64,000 bases of DNA from Lama glama. Taxonomy: Eukaryota. The stretch is from NCBI GenBank assembly GCA_028534125.1, contig CM052820.1, positions 6,138,001 through 6,202,000 on the forward strand. Reading direction: 5' to 3'. This document shows positions 37,001-48,911 of this stretch, one piece after another; position 1 is the first letter of the stretch; every line of letters begins with the position of its first letter. A program made the translations under genes and the position numbers. A model generated the notes under the pieces. That model was not told the origin of the DNA, made no database searches, and saw only the letters and a program-made list of their open reading frames with translations.

Positions 37001-39749
37001 GGCGCCTCAGAAGCACTGCCAGCCCCCTGGGGTGCTAACACTTCCTGGCCCCTCACACCTGTCCAGGCAGCCCCACCTTGAGAAAGTCCTCATTAAACCT
37101 TATTCTAAACTCTGGATGCCCTGGCAGGTAATCAAACACCCAATCCTTTTATTCAAAAGAGAAGGAAACCTCTCTGATTCATAACATGCACTTAATTCTC
37201 TTACATAAACACACCTCTCTTCTAGAGCTACAGTCCTCCCAGATCACAATTAGCATCGTTTTTAAAAAAAGACCAATAACTACAGAGATGTGTAGAGACC
37301 TTGAGACATCTGGCTAAAAACGAGCACTAGGGCAGGGGCTGGGAATAGAAGGATGAACAGATATTGTCCTTACCCTTAAGAAACTCACAGTGTCAGAGAA
37401 GGAGACAGGGAAGCAAATGGAAAATAACAAGGCAATGTGAAAATGTGACCAAGACAGGTGACAGGTGTAAATAAAGTGCTCAGGGAACCCTAAGTGGGAG
37501 GGATGGATGAGTTGGCCAATGCAAGCAGCAGGACATAGAGGCTGAGGCAGAGCTCTTCCCTTCTGTCAGAAATGAGCCCGGATACAGAAACAGAAGGCAA
37601 GTGAAAAGCTTCTAGAGGTGGGGTAGGAGCCAAGTTTACTTTCTAAAATTACATAAAAAGCAGTTTTCAGAATTCTGCTGAGGACCTACACTGGCCATTC
37701 CCACCAAAAGCAGAAGCATCAGCGACTGGTCTTCACCAGCAGCCACTGCACGAGAGGGCACCTGGTAGTGAAGGCCATCCTAGGACTATCCGGGGGCCTG
37801 GTCTCGTAGAGGGCACCTTCTCTCTCTGCCTCTGGCTACCTTCTGCTCCCTCTGGTCACCCCAGTCAGACCTTCTTTTTACCACATGAACTTCTGTTCCA
37901 AATATGCTTGAGCCGGCTCAAGCTGCCTTCTCTAACCCAAATTTTATCAGTAATAGATGGAATATTTTGACCTCGGTCTGACTTGTGTGTTTATTTCTCA
38001 AGAGGTTCAGAACACAGAAGGGAGAGGAATGTGAAGGAATATACCCCTCGAATCTCAAAACGGTGGGCATTTCATGCCTTTCAGCTCTTCTTCACCAACC
38101 CTGGCCTTCACTTTGATCACCATGTGGTTCAGGGCTTCCCTTCCCAAGCAGCCTTCTTTCACAAACCCCATGTGCCTAAGAACCATCAGGCTGGGTATTC
38201 CTTTAGTCCTGTGTCAATTCATATATACCAGCCCCCCACACCCTGCCCTTTTTAAAATCTTACTGGAGTTTCTTGTAAGTACACAGAGTTCTTCACAAAT
38301 TCACTAAGCAACTTTAGTGTAGAAAGTTTGTCTTCCTAAGGCTCCTTCACAGAACTATGAGCAGCACTCGTAACAAGATAGGAACTCAAGAAATATCTGT
38401 CCAGTGAGGGTTGGAAATCATGACTGAGTCTGCTTTTTTAACAACTTCCGGAATAATACTACATGCATTCCTTCTAATTTTTGAAAATTATGAGTAAATG
38501 ATGATGTGACATGCCTAAAGGAAGGTGAGCACATGAAAAGTTATAAAGTTTAGGGCTATAATAACAAGCTGCTCAGCAAAGTTACTCTGGCACTTAATGA
38601 TACATGTTAGATTTTATGTGTATGCTAACAAGCTACAAACGGTGATCAGCTCCTACAAGTGGGTGTAATTAGTGTTACTTATACACATCTAGGTCAAGTT
38701 TTCAAGTCCTGTCTCTTGTTCATGCCTTGGGATGCATAAATGTGGATTGTTTTCCCTGAGTCCAGATGAAATTAAAGTGCGATAACTGAATCAATTTCTC
38801 TCAAAGGCAAGACTTCCATACCCCATGACTGGGAATTCCTGCGCTCCCAGTGTTCCCTGAAAGCTAGAGACTCCACTCTCCTCCAGAGGTCACCCTAGGA
38901 AGCCTCGGTGCTGAATGGCTCAAAACAGCACAGATTCTTGGCTGTGGATTTATTTATAAATGAGGCGGAGAGATTGAAATGAAAATTTTGCTAATATGAT
39001 TATTATGAAACTGGTAACTGAGAAAAAGGGGAAAATCTGACAGGATGATAAATACTCTTCAAGCCTCCCTGATTCTAGAACTATCTCCACGGCTGAAGTA
39101 ATGCACTGTCTGTCAACATTTAACTGGAAGCCCTGAATTTCTAGTAAAAGCCTTCTTATGCTGTTTATCATTACCCTAATTCTTACGGTGGCAGAGATCA
39201 CATAGAGAAATTCTGTTCTCTTTGGTCTTAGTGCAGTTGGATTTCCTTATAATTATTCATGTCAGGCCAGCTCAAACAATGCCTGGAAGCTATACACAGG
39301 AGGTAAGAGCAACAAAAAACACTAGTAAAGTTACAAATGTTCTCCGAGGATGGGAAAAAGCAACAATAGTTCTCAGCACCATTTCAAATACAATGGGTTT
39401 CTTATTGAGTTTAACAAGCACAAAGAAGGACTTTAGTTTGGGGCGGGAGCTCACCCTTCAGTCTCAATGTTAGCAAGAGTTTAGCAAGAAGCTTTTAACC
39501 ACGTTTCTCAGTCATTTTACATTTTAAGACCCTTATTAGTATTTTTTTTATAACGGCTAATGCAAACAGGAATAGTCTATAGTTTAACATACTGAACAAT
39601 ACGAAAGATGAAGAAATAATCCAAGACAGAGTCACTGGGACATTTCAGGAGCCCTAGCCCAACTGTGAGAGAGAGAGACAGAGAGAAAGAGAAAGAGAAA
39701 GGGAGACCTACTCCCAGCACACAGGCAGAGAACTCCTGACAGGTATTTC

Positions 39750-40290
39750 TGTCACAGGTGCCCTTATCCACAGGCGACTGGAAAGAGGATAAATTGGTAT
39801 GATCTTTCTGGAAGGGAATGTGGCAATGTTTCAAAATTCTAAGTATGTCTTTATTTCTGACCTTATCATCACAGTTCCAGGACTGGCCTAAGGAAACAAC
39901 CAGAGATCAAGGTAAAGATTTATGAATAAAGATGGCCACGGCACTATTTACAGTATCAAAAAACCAGAAATTAAATATTCACAACTGGGGCATGGTTAAA
40001 TGTTTAAGAGCATACTTGTATGATGGAATATTATTACATAGGCATTATAATATTTTAAAGAATTTTGAGTGACATGGGAGAAAGCATTCTATAACATTAA
40101 AATTATATGTATGTTATGCTGACCACTCCTCCCTCCTGCCATGAAGTGACAAAGGGGAGATTAATGAAAAATCATAATATACCAAAATATTAACAGTGGT
40201 TATTTCTCGGTAACGGGATTATAAGTGATTTTGATCCTTCTTTATACTCTTGTATTTTCTAAATTTTCTAACCCTAGAATATACTCACAT
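39750..40290 (+). mobile_element. Old L1ME-type 3' fragment
   Basis: aaattggtatgatctttctggaagggaatgtggcaatg...accaaaatattaacagtggttatttctcgg. Confidence 0.65.
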
Positions 40291-40479
40291 GCTTTTCTAT
40301 AAGCACAAGAATATATTTTCGCTTTTAAAATCGGATTTAAAGCTTCCTTTCCAAGGAAAGAGTGGGGATCAAAGGGGCCTCACTAAGAACTCGGCAGGAG
40401 GAAGTGTTTGTCACCCTCCTGTCTGTCTGGTGCCATCTGGCTGCTCATTTTAGAGACCTCACCCCCACTCCCAATATAG

Positions 40480-41410
40480 CTCATTCTCCTGCAGCTTAAG
40501 GACCTTAGATGCCGCTGGCTCCCAAAGGACTACCTCTAGGTGAGCCTTCCCCACTGACCTCCAGACTTCTATGCCCACATCTCGACCTGTTTTGTCTTCA
40601 GCTGGCCCCTCAAACTCAACAGACCCTAAACGGAAGTCATCTACTTTCTTAACTCTCCTATGCAAGGTGTTTCCTGTCAGTACTTGGTACTGCATCAATG
40701 CCCGTGCCTAAACCTGAAACCTGATTCCCGGATTCATCTCTCCTCCCTCACCTCAATTTGCCAAGGCTTGCCAATCTTCCGTCCTCTCTTGGATCTGTAA
40801 TTTTCTCTCTCCCCACAGTCTCTATCTCAGGTCGGGCCCTTTCTCTCTTGGAATACAAGCTTCCTTCATTTTTTTCTCTTTTAGTCTGCTCTCCACACTA
40901 CAGCCAGTAAGCTCTTTCTAAACCACTGCTCTGATCACAACACTTCTGTATCTGAAATCATTCCACGGCTCCCTTGGCCCATTCCTAAAGACTTCAAGGC
41001 CCAGCCCCTGCCTCCTCCTCTTCCAGCTGCTCCCTCTCTTCGCACTCCACGCCACACAACCCGGAACATTTGACGATGCCCAAAGGTGCCATCTCTCACC
41101 CCTGCCACGCCTGTGCCAGCAGCTTGCCTGAAAGGCCCTCCCTTGCACTCGGAGACTGGTTAGCCCCCCAAGTCTTTTAAGAGACTTGGGGTACACAATG
41201 CCCCTGCTGGGAAGTCTTCTCTGATCCTGAACCGGGCCGGGCCTCTTCAGCACAGTCTCACCCCACTCTGGGACAGCTGTGTCACAATACTTTACATTTT
41301 CTGTGCGGTCTGCGGGCTTCTTCACTCCACTGTAAACTTAAGCATCAGGACTGTTCATTTCCAGCCCCTACCACATCCTTGCTTTCAGTACCCAATGAAT
41401 GCTGTCTGAA
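40480..41410 (+). mobile_element. L2 LINE 3' region
   Basis: Pyrimidine-rich; cctcaaactcaaca...tctccacactacagccagtaagctctttcta...ctgtaaacttaagcatcaggactg...tgaatg. Confidence 0.65.
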
Positions 41411-42196
41411 GACACAGTGAATGAAACACTCTATGAGAAAACAGAGACCAGTTCTGCAAACACAGCCAACCACCTGACCAACAGGTTACTCTCGTGCTTA
41501 AGTGATGACATAAATAATAAGATCAAGGAAGAGCCAGGTAGGATGATTATGCCCATCCTTCTTACCTTGCACCAAACATCATAAAATTAAATATTATCTT
41601 GTATAAAAATTCCAGAGAGCTGGAATGCTTATTTCTTAAAAACAGCTATATTATAGAGAAGGAACAGAAACATTCTTAACTATATTTTTAAATGCATGAT
41701 TTAATAAAACATGTTGTTATACATAGCAGTTGGGGGTGGGGTGCGGGGAGAGACACCATAGAGCTTCCTTAGAGCTACGTTTTGCTATGACAGTCCCCAC
41801 CTTCAGGGCCCCTACAAGATGGCGGAGCCAGCAACTCTGCAAGTGGGCTCGGGGAGACGGGGTGGGTGGGATGAAACCTGACTGTGAGAAGGCTGCCGAG
41901 CTTGCAGAGGTGGGAAATTAAGAACCACTGCTCTCTTTGCTTCAGGCTAATCAAAGCTACCTGACTGTAAATAGGGTAAGGGAACTGGTGCTAAACGGAT
42001 TCATTCCTTTACTTCTAGCCTCCAACTGGACCTGCTAAGCATGGTACTAATCAAAGGAATAATTTACTTAATTGCATGAAACCATCCCGAGGGATAACTT
42101 AGCACAACAGCTCTCCATTCCCCAGCCCAATTTCCCCGTGCAGTGATGATGAGCTGCTAAAAGCTGGCCGGGTAAGAGAGCTGCATTTCATGTGAG

Positions 42197-42519
42197 CAGG
42201 CGTCAGTAGGCTATGGACCACAGGTCAAATCTGGCCCGCACCTGCTTTTTGTATGGCCTATGTGCTAAAAATGGTTTTTACATTTTTTAAATGATTCAAA
42301 AATAATCAAAGGAAGAAGACTATTTTGTGACATGAAAATTATACGAAATTCAAATTTCAGTGTCCTTAAAGCTGTGCTGGAACACAGCCACACTCGTTCG
42401 TCTGTCCCTGGCTGCTTTCACACTATAACAGCAGAGTTGAGTAGCTAGGACAGAGGCCAGATGGCCCACAAAGCCTAAAATATTTGCTATCTGGCTCTTT
42501 ACAGGGTCTGTCAACCCTG
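42197..42519 (+). mobile_element. MER58B-like hAT-Charlie MITE
   Basis: cagg...ccctg ends; ggtcaaatctggcccgcacctg, aattcaaatttcagtgtcc, ggcccacaaagcctaaaatatttgctatctggctctttacag. Confidence 0.85.
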
Positions 42520-45500
42520 ACTTAGAGGCTGGGCTAGGCCAAGGTCATCCATGATAGCGTCCCACGGCAGCATGGGTCCCAAGGTATTCAAAAATTGTTT
42601 CCATTAACAAGTTTATCTTCACAATCAAGTCCCCTCAAAGAAACTGCCTGAAGTTTGAGTTTCAAAACTGTGCCATGTGGGATTCATATAAGATACAGCT
42701 GAGAATTTAGTCAAGGCTCCTACAGTTTGGAGGAATTTGCCTATGAAGATGGAAAGCGATATTAAATTTTCTTCACTGCAACTTTCTCTAAATTCAGGAA
42801 GTCAGTGGCTCAGCAGGAGCCATTCACACCCCCTGACCACCTGCCGGGCCCCTTTCCTGCAGGGCGACTCCTTCTCCAGGAGCCCTCCCACAGAGCGGCC
42901 TCTAAGCACAATCACCTGACAAGGAGGGAAGGCGGGCTGGAGAGAAAGTGCCAGAAAGCCAGAGGTGTAGTGTCCTGAGAACAGTCAATATTCTCTAAGT
43001 GTTTTTGTTTGGGGGCTCTACTTAGCTCCCTTCCCCTGCTGTCCTTTCTGAAGGCAAAGGCCAAGGCACAGAACTCCAAGAACAGCCGAGGCTTTGTCAA
43101 CATGCCACGTCATCATCGGACACTGTCATCCCCACCATGAGGAGGGAGTAAGATTTGAGTGTGCACAACAGAAGTGCCAGGGAGCTCGCGCACTCTGAGG
43201 CCTGTCAGGCAGGCCTTAGTTGTGGAGCAAGACCCAGAGGAAGGAGTGGGGGCTCCTCACAGTTCCCCTTCCCCAGTGCACAAGATATGCATATAATTAT
43301 AAACCATTATGATTACTTTGACTACAAACTTAAAAGGAGTCTCCTTCTAAGAAAGAGGAATGATGCGTGTTGTAAGAAAATAAAATAAAACAAGCATCTG
43401 TGTTAAATTCTAGATTTAACATGGCAGCAGAAAACATGGAGCTAGGAGGAAACCACCTGGAAGGAATAGTGTTCAGTGAATCCAACAAAAAGCACACAGA
43501 ACGCATCGGGCACCTGCATTTCCTTTGGGGCAGCGAAACAAAGGTGTCCTTTCACTGAGCCAGAACCTATTAGAACAAGGTTCATACTCTAGGTTAAAGA
43601 GACATTTGGGGGGAAAAAAAGAGAGAGAGACATTTGGAACAGGGAATGTGACCTTGAGGGCAGCGTTTCCCATCTGTTTCACATCACAGTACATGCAGAA
43701 GTTGCTAATACCTGACCGTATACTGGGTAAGCACAGGACTGCAGGCAGAGGGTCCCAGGGGATTGGAGCCAGCCCAGGTGGCCCTGAGCCTGAGGGTGCA
43801 CTATCTCAGGCACGGGCCAGGCAGCACTGTCCTAAGCTGCTCCCTGCAATCACCCAGTGATCGAATCGCTGTGTTTCTGTGGTTACTGTGACTCCGAACC
43901 AGTCTGTCCCTGACTCAACAGTCACCATGCTCGTGTCCTCCACTCATTCTGAAGATCATCATGGTAAACTGATTTTTCAGAAAGGCAAAACTGCTGGTTT
44001 AGCAGATTTATTCTGCATTCAAGGGCATGCAGTGTGACATGGATGTTGTCCCCTCTCACAGGGGCCTCTCATAGAACCTCTCTAATTGAGGCTAGGGTAG
44101 AAGGACATATTTTTTAGGACTGCCACCAAAAATGAGGACACAGTGAACTGGGGCAAACAAAGCATCAGAGAGCAACTCCAAACAGCAGGCTATGCCAAAA
44201 GCACTGAGGAAAAATGGATTTTTGTGAGGGCAAATGCAGGCAGTAGGCACAGGAGAACAAATGCAGTGACTTCTGAATGGGCCATTTAGCTGATTTATAA
44301 AGGACCTCGCCAGTGTCCCTTGCTGCAGGAGACAGATGTGCTCCTTCTTCTAAAGCTGTGGTCCACGCACTTGTTTTCTGGGGAACCAAGGGATCAACCC
44401 CCAGGAAGCAATTTCATTATTTTCAAACCTTAATTAACTGGAACCTAATTAGGACTTGAGGGTTTTTTCTCTCACTTTGAAGGAAAACTTTTCTCTTTCA
44501 AGTCAGCGTGGTATAAATGGAAGAAAAGTGAACAAAGAATTGGCTATCTAGATTTCTTGCATATAAGCAATTCATTTAACCTTTGGGGGTTTCAGCTTTC
44601 TAATCTATAAATTGAGAGGGCCAATGAGCTACAGATATCTGTAGCTATTTTCTGCAATCAAATTCTGATTCTGACACATGCTAACAGATCATCAATCAGA
44701 TACTGTGAACATTCTTCTCCCCTGACTACCATACCCCTGGTAATGAGAGCTGAGATCACTGATGGTCTTCCACAGTTTTTAGAGTATTTAACACGTTTAA
44801 TTCAATTGAATTTTATAGCACTCTGATGGGGAAGGTGTCTAAAATGGTATAACAAAAACCCTCTCACTTGCTGTGCTTGAAGCAGTGGTTGGCTAGTTCT
44901 GCCAGAAGCTGGCTAAAAAGGAGACTCATTCAGAAGAGACAGACATGTAACCCAACATCTGTGATAAAGTTAATTTATAAATATACATTCATTCACTTTA
45001 AAAAATGTAAATATTTTAAAAAAGAGTATGCTAATTGGATTTCTACATACTTTCTTCTGAATCAACTACTCATAATTTATTGTCTATAATTTATTACTTT
45101 TGTTTCTTTAAAAGACTGAGAACTTACATGTCTGTAAAGCAATCTAAGTACAGAATTCCTTTTGAAATTTATGGTTTTTCCCCACTCTTCTATAGCTGTC
45201 ACACCCAAACATCAGAATTTTTGAAGATTCATCATCAACAAGTGCTTCCAAACAATTTAACTTAGTTTGCACAGAAACAAGAGCTTTTTAAAAATGCTCT
45301 TATTTGATCAGTTTACCTAACATTCAGTTAAACTGCATAATTATAACGACATGTACAGCTGGCATAGCCAGGATGGGAATGAGGAGGGTTGTCCCGGGAT
45401 GTACACAGCTCTCCTGGTGGGAGCCAGAGGTGGAGGAAGCACAGCCGGCGTGTGCAGCGCGCCGTGGGCCCTGGTCACTGTGTCGTGCAGAAGGAATGGT

Positions 45501-47117
45501 GAGCGCAGGCTGAAATGGCCGTTGGGCGGCCGGGTGAGGGGTTCAAGGAGCAGGTGGAGAGGCTGGCCTGGGGCCTGAGAAGAAGGGAAGGGCTGAACTG
45601 GTTTTGGCGGCATCAGCATCTAATCAGTAGTTAAAATCTTAAGAATTGTAAGGAAAGAGGAACTCATTCAGGCAGGGAGTGTGGATAGAGAACAACAAAA
45701 AGAGGAGAAAGAGGGCATGGTAGACTCTAGGGAGTGCCACCCTACAGGGTGAGCAGAGTAAGAGGCTTCAGCAAAGGGACCAGCAGGACATGAAGAGAAG
45801 CAGAGAACTAGGAGGTGAGCTTTGCAGGATGGGAGTCAGAAGCAAGAACCGACCGGAGTCCTTGGATCTGACAACAGCAGCCACTGGTGAATGAGAATTA
45901 GGGCGTTCACACCCCACGAAATATCCCACTAAAGGAAGGAGAGGAGATATTCTGTCTGCTCCCGTGCCTGCGGCCCTCTTCCATCAGCTCTGCTGTCTTC
46001 CTGTAATGGCATTCCTGATCCGTTGGTTTTGCTGAGGCTGCCTGAGCCCAGGCAAGGGAGAGGGGAGCATGAGAGCCAGGCAAGGGGTGGGGAGCATGAT
46101 AGTCCCAGAAGATGCCTTGGGACAGGCAGGACGGATTCTCCACTTGTTCCGAGAGCTGCTAATTTATTTGCAGGCCCAGGGCAGCAACTGTTTGCAATGC
46201 CTTCTGAGAAGCATTTGTGTAAGATTATCACAAAATGTAGGATGAAGTGAAATCTTCAATTAGAAAGTTTTAAAACAATGCCTTTGGGATCTCCCCAAGC
46301 TGAAAGTCTCAGAGGAAGTCTCTGCGGGGCTGCGCTCGGCCAGCAGGCTGACAAACAGCTCCATCAGCCAATCCTGCTGCCCCACTCATTTTTCAAACAC
46401 GATATACAGAGACCAGGTTAGGAGAGCGAGTTCTCTGGAGCTTGGGTAAGAAATATGAGAAGAAAAAGACTGCACAGGACAGAACACAGGCTCTACTCTA
46501 TAATGTACTGACAAGTGACGAGGAAAGAATTCCTGGATCGTAAGAGTCACAACTGTTAGACATGGAAATTGACCAGGTTTGAGTGGCAGCTGCCTGAGTC
46601 GCAGAGGGCTCAGCATGGCTGTGATCCTCAGAGTAACCAGGACCGTCCTGGGCTGTCATTTTCTTAAACAGCCAACATTCTACAGTCTCCTCCGTTCTCT
46701 GCTTCTTCAAATATTAATCTGAGATTTGTAAACATACAACTCTTTTTGGAAGCCAAGGGATAAGAAGAAACACTTTTTAAAGAAAGCCTAACAATCAGAT
46801 ACTGGTTAACTGCCTTCTAAACTTCCATGTTTCCTTTTCCCAACTCCAGTTAGAAGGATTTGAGGTAAAAACTGAGATGAGGACCAAGCACTGAATACTG
46901 CCTCACCAGGGAAGACCAGCTGGGAGTTTTGGTCACAGAGCCACTCACACAGACACCACCCTTTCGCCCTGTGGATGTGGGAGTTAGTTCCCACTGTTGT
47001 AGTGCGGTGACTGAGGGAAGAGGGAAGAGCCCAGGACTGCCACGCTAAATCTCATGCCTGCTGGGTTCTGGCAGAAGTCAAATCTGTCGGTTGTGCTGAA
47101 AAAAAGAAGAGACTAAC

Positions 47118-47351
47118 CTGATCCAGACGCAGCGCGCCATCCACAAACCGCTGTTTGCGTAATTCCTTTGCGATTCCGTGGAGGTTTAAGACAGCCCGGT
47201 GCACCTCCTCCCGGGTGTGCTCTGGGGAGATGGGGGGCAGCTCCTCCTTGGGGACGCTCTTTGTCGGGCTTTCAATCATGCTCTGTGCATGTTCATAGCT
47301 CAGTTTGGTGCAGGAGCGGATGATGGTCCGGCCAAACCATTCATCAATGAT
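47118..47351 (-). CDS. DIS3L2: DIS3L2 internal coding exon, 234 nt, phase 0-0, RNB catalytic domain (probably human exon 13 equivalent)
   Basis: Translates to [78 protein letters not shown], recognisable as vertebrate DIS3L2. Acceptor tttgcag| (plus-strand ct at 47352-47353), donor CAG|gttagt (plus ac at 47116-47117). Lies inside ORF 47052..47441. Confidence 0.97.
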
Positions 47352-47377
47352 CTGCAAAGATGGTGAGGTTGTTAGAA
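47352..47377 (-). promoter_or_regulatory. 3' splice region of the 234-nt exon, with branch-point candidate TTCTAAC (A about 21 nt upstream of the exon)
   Basis: Plus-strand gttagaa at 47371-47377 is minus-strand ttctaac, which fits yUnAy. The pyrimidine tract between it and the AG is short and interrupted. Confidence 0.6.
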
Positions 47378-47876
47378 AGTCATGAGGAGAATTTTCTTCA
47401 GGTTTTTCTTTCACGCGACCATACATCCACACACATTCCACAGAGATTCACTGAGCAACGACTTTGTGCTCAGAATGCTGTTTAGTTCCGGGCACAAAAA
47501 CCTATCAGATGCGGAAGCTGTTGCCCTCAGGGCGCTCAGGGCATGGACTTCACAGGCAGTGGAAGTTGATGAAAGTTCTCTAAGCACACGGGAGGCACAG
47601 GCCAGGCCAAGCAAGAGACCTGAGGGGAAGGGCCTGTTGAAAGCTTTTTCATTAGTTTGGGTGAGTGGTCATCAATGTCACACTGGAAGACAGAAGAGAC
47701 AGATACCAAAGATGTGACAGATGGGGCTCTTAATGGACCGGATGGGGGATGAAGGAGAAGGTGGGGCCACTGACAGAAACAGAGAACGCAAGTGCAAAGC
47801 AGGACAGAGGAAGAAAGAAAAAAACATTCCAATTTGTTCTATTTAGAGCATTTGTGTAGAAATGAAGGTCCAGAAC

Positions 47877-48087
47877 AGGGGCTCTCAACCTTGGCACTAC
47901 TGTGCTGACTAACTCTCTGTCATGGAGGCTGCTCGTTACACCATAAAGCATTTAGTGGTATCCTTGGACTCTAACTGCTAGATGCTGGTAGCACTTCCCC
48001 CAAACCCCAAACTGACAACCCAAAATGTCTCCAGGAATTGCTAAATGTCCCTTGGGAGTAAACTCAGCCAAGGCTGAGATCCACTAG
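47877..48087 (+). mobile_element. MER20 hAT-Charlie MITE
   Basis: tctcaaccttggcactactg...ctagatgctggtagcac...gacaacccaaaatgtctccag...aaatgtcccttggg...ggctgagatccact. Confidence 0.85.
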
Positions 48088-48629
48088 GCTCAAAGCAGAT
48101 ACCCCCACGTTCAGTGGTGGTGCTCTCTGACTGCTGGGATTGTGGTTGATTTGTGTTTATCCTTTCAGTTTGTCCTTATTTTCTGTAACAAGCATGTATT
48201 ATTTTTAAAACAAAAATAAAACAAACATTAAAATATTTTGGGGATTCCTAAGTCTGAGATGCAGGGAGGAGAGTCAGATGGGGATATGCAGCAGGCAGCT
48301 GGGGTGTGCGCCTGGGGCTTAGGGAGATGACTGGTCTGGAGGGAGGGAGCTGGACCATCAACCGGAGGGTCCAAGAAAGAAAGGGCAAGAGGAGAGTCGA
48401 GGCTGCATTCACTATCACTCCTCCATTTGAGGAGCAAAAAGAGAAGCTGGAGAATAGAAATAAACAGAAAACAAGACAGGTCAAAGAGACAGAAGAAAGA
48501 TCAGGGGCATCCAATGTTAGAAGAAGCAGGAGAAAGGGCTTCAGAGAAGAGGTACTTGAAAGCAACAGCAGACACACAGCATTCCGATGAGAGAGGCACG
48601 GCTAATATACCTTCCATAGGGCAACTGAA

Positions 48630-48800
48630 CTCCCACAGCAACCCTGTGAGGCAGGTATTTAATTATTTGCATTTTGCAAATGAGGAAACTAAGGCACAGA
48701 CACATTAAATGACCTGCCTAAGGTCATAACTCTAGAGTGACAAGGCCAGGAACTGAACACAGGTATTCCCGCACCTGAGTCCAAACTCTTAACCACCAGT
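48630..48800 (-). mobile_element. MIR SINE
   Basis: cacagcaaccctgtgaggcaggtatt...cattttgcaaatgaggaaactaaggcacaga...tgcctaaggtcata. Confidence 0.8.
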
Positions 48801-48820
48801 GTATGTCAAATGCGACTTGG

Positions 48821-48911
48821 GGGGTGGGGTGGGGGATAGCTCAGTGGTAGAGTACATGCCTAGCATGCACAAGGTCCTGAGTTCAATCCCTAGTATCTCC
48901 ATTAAAAAAAA
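48821..48911 (+). mobile_element. tRNA(Ala)-derived short SINE (camelid Vic-1 type) with 13-bp TSD
   Basis: A box TAGCTCAGTGG (48837-48847), B box GTTCAATCC (48881-48889), A tail. TSD aaatgcgacttgg (48808-48820) and aaatgccacttgg (48912-48924). Confidence 0.88.

Larger units (their letters stand above)
14881..47117 (-). other. DIS3L2: DIS3L2 intron (~32.2 kb, GT-AG) between the two exons
   Basis: Bounded by donor gttagt and acceptor tttag; joining the exons keeps the frame (LDQ|PKL). Confidence 0.9.

Noticed and set aside
47052-47441. 129-aa ORF as a standalone gene
   Set aside because: Only 47118-47351 is DIS3L2-like and bounded by splice sites; the flanks are intronic read-through.
48821-48900. 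Functional tRNA-Ala gene
   Set aside because: It has an A tail and TSD, a poorly pairing acceptor stem and a related dispersed copy, so it is a SINE.
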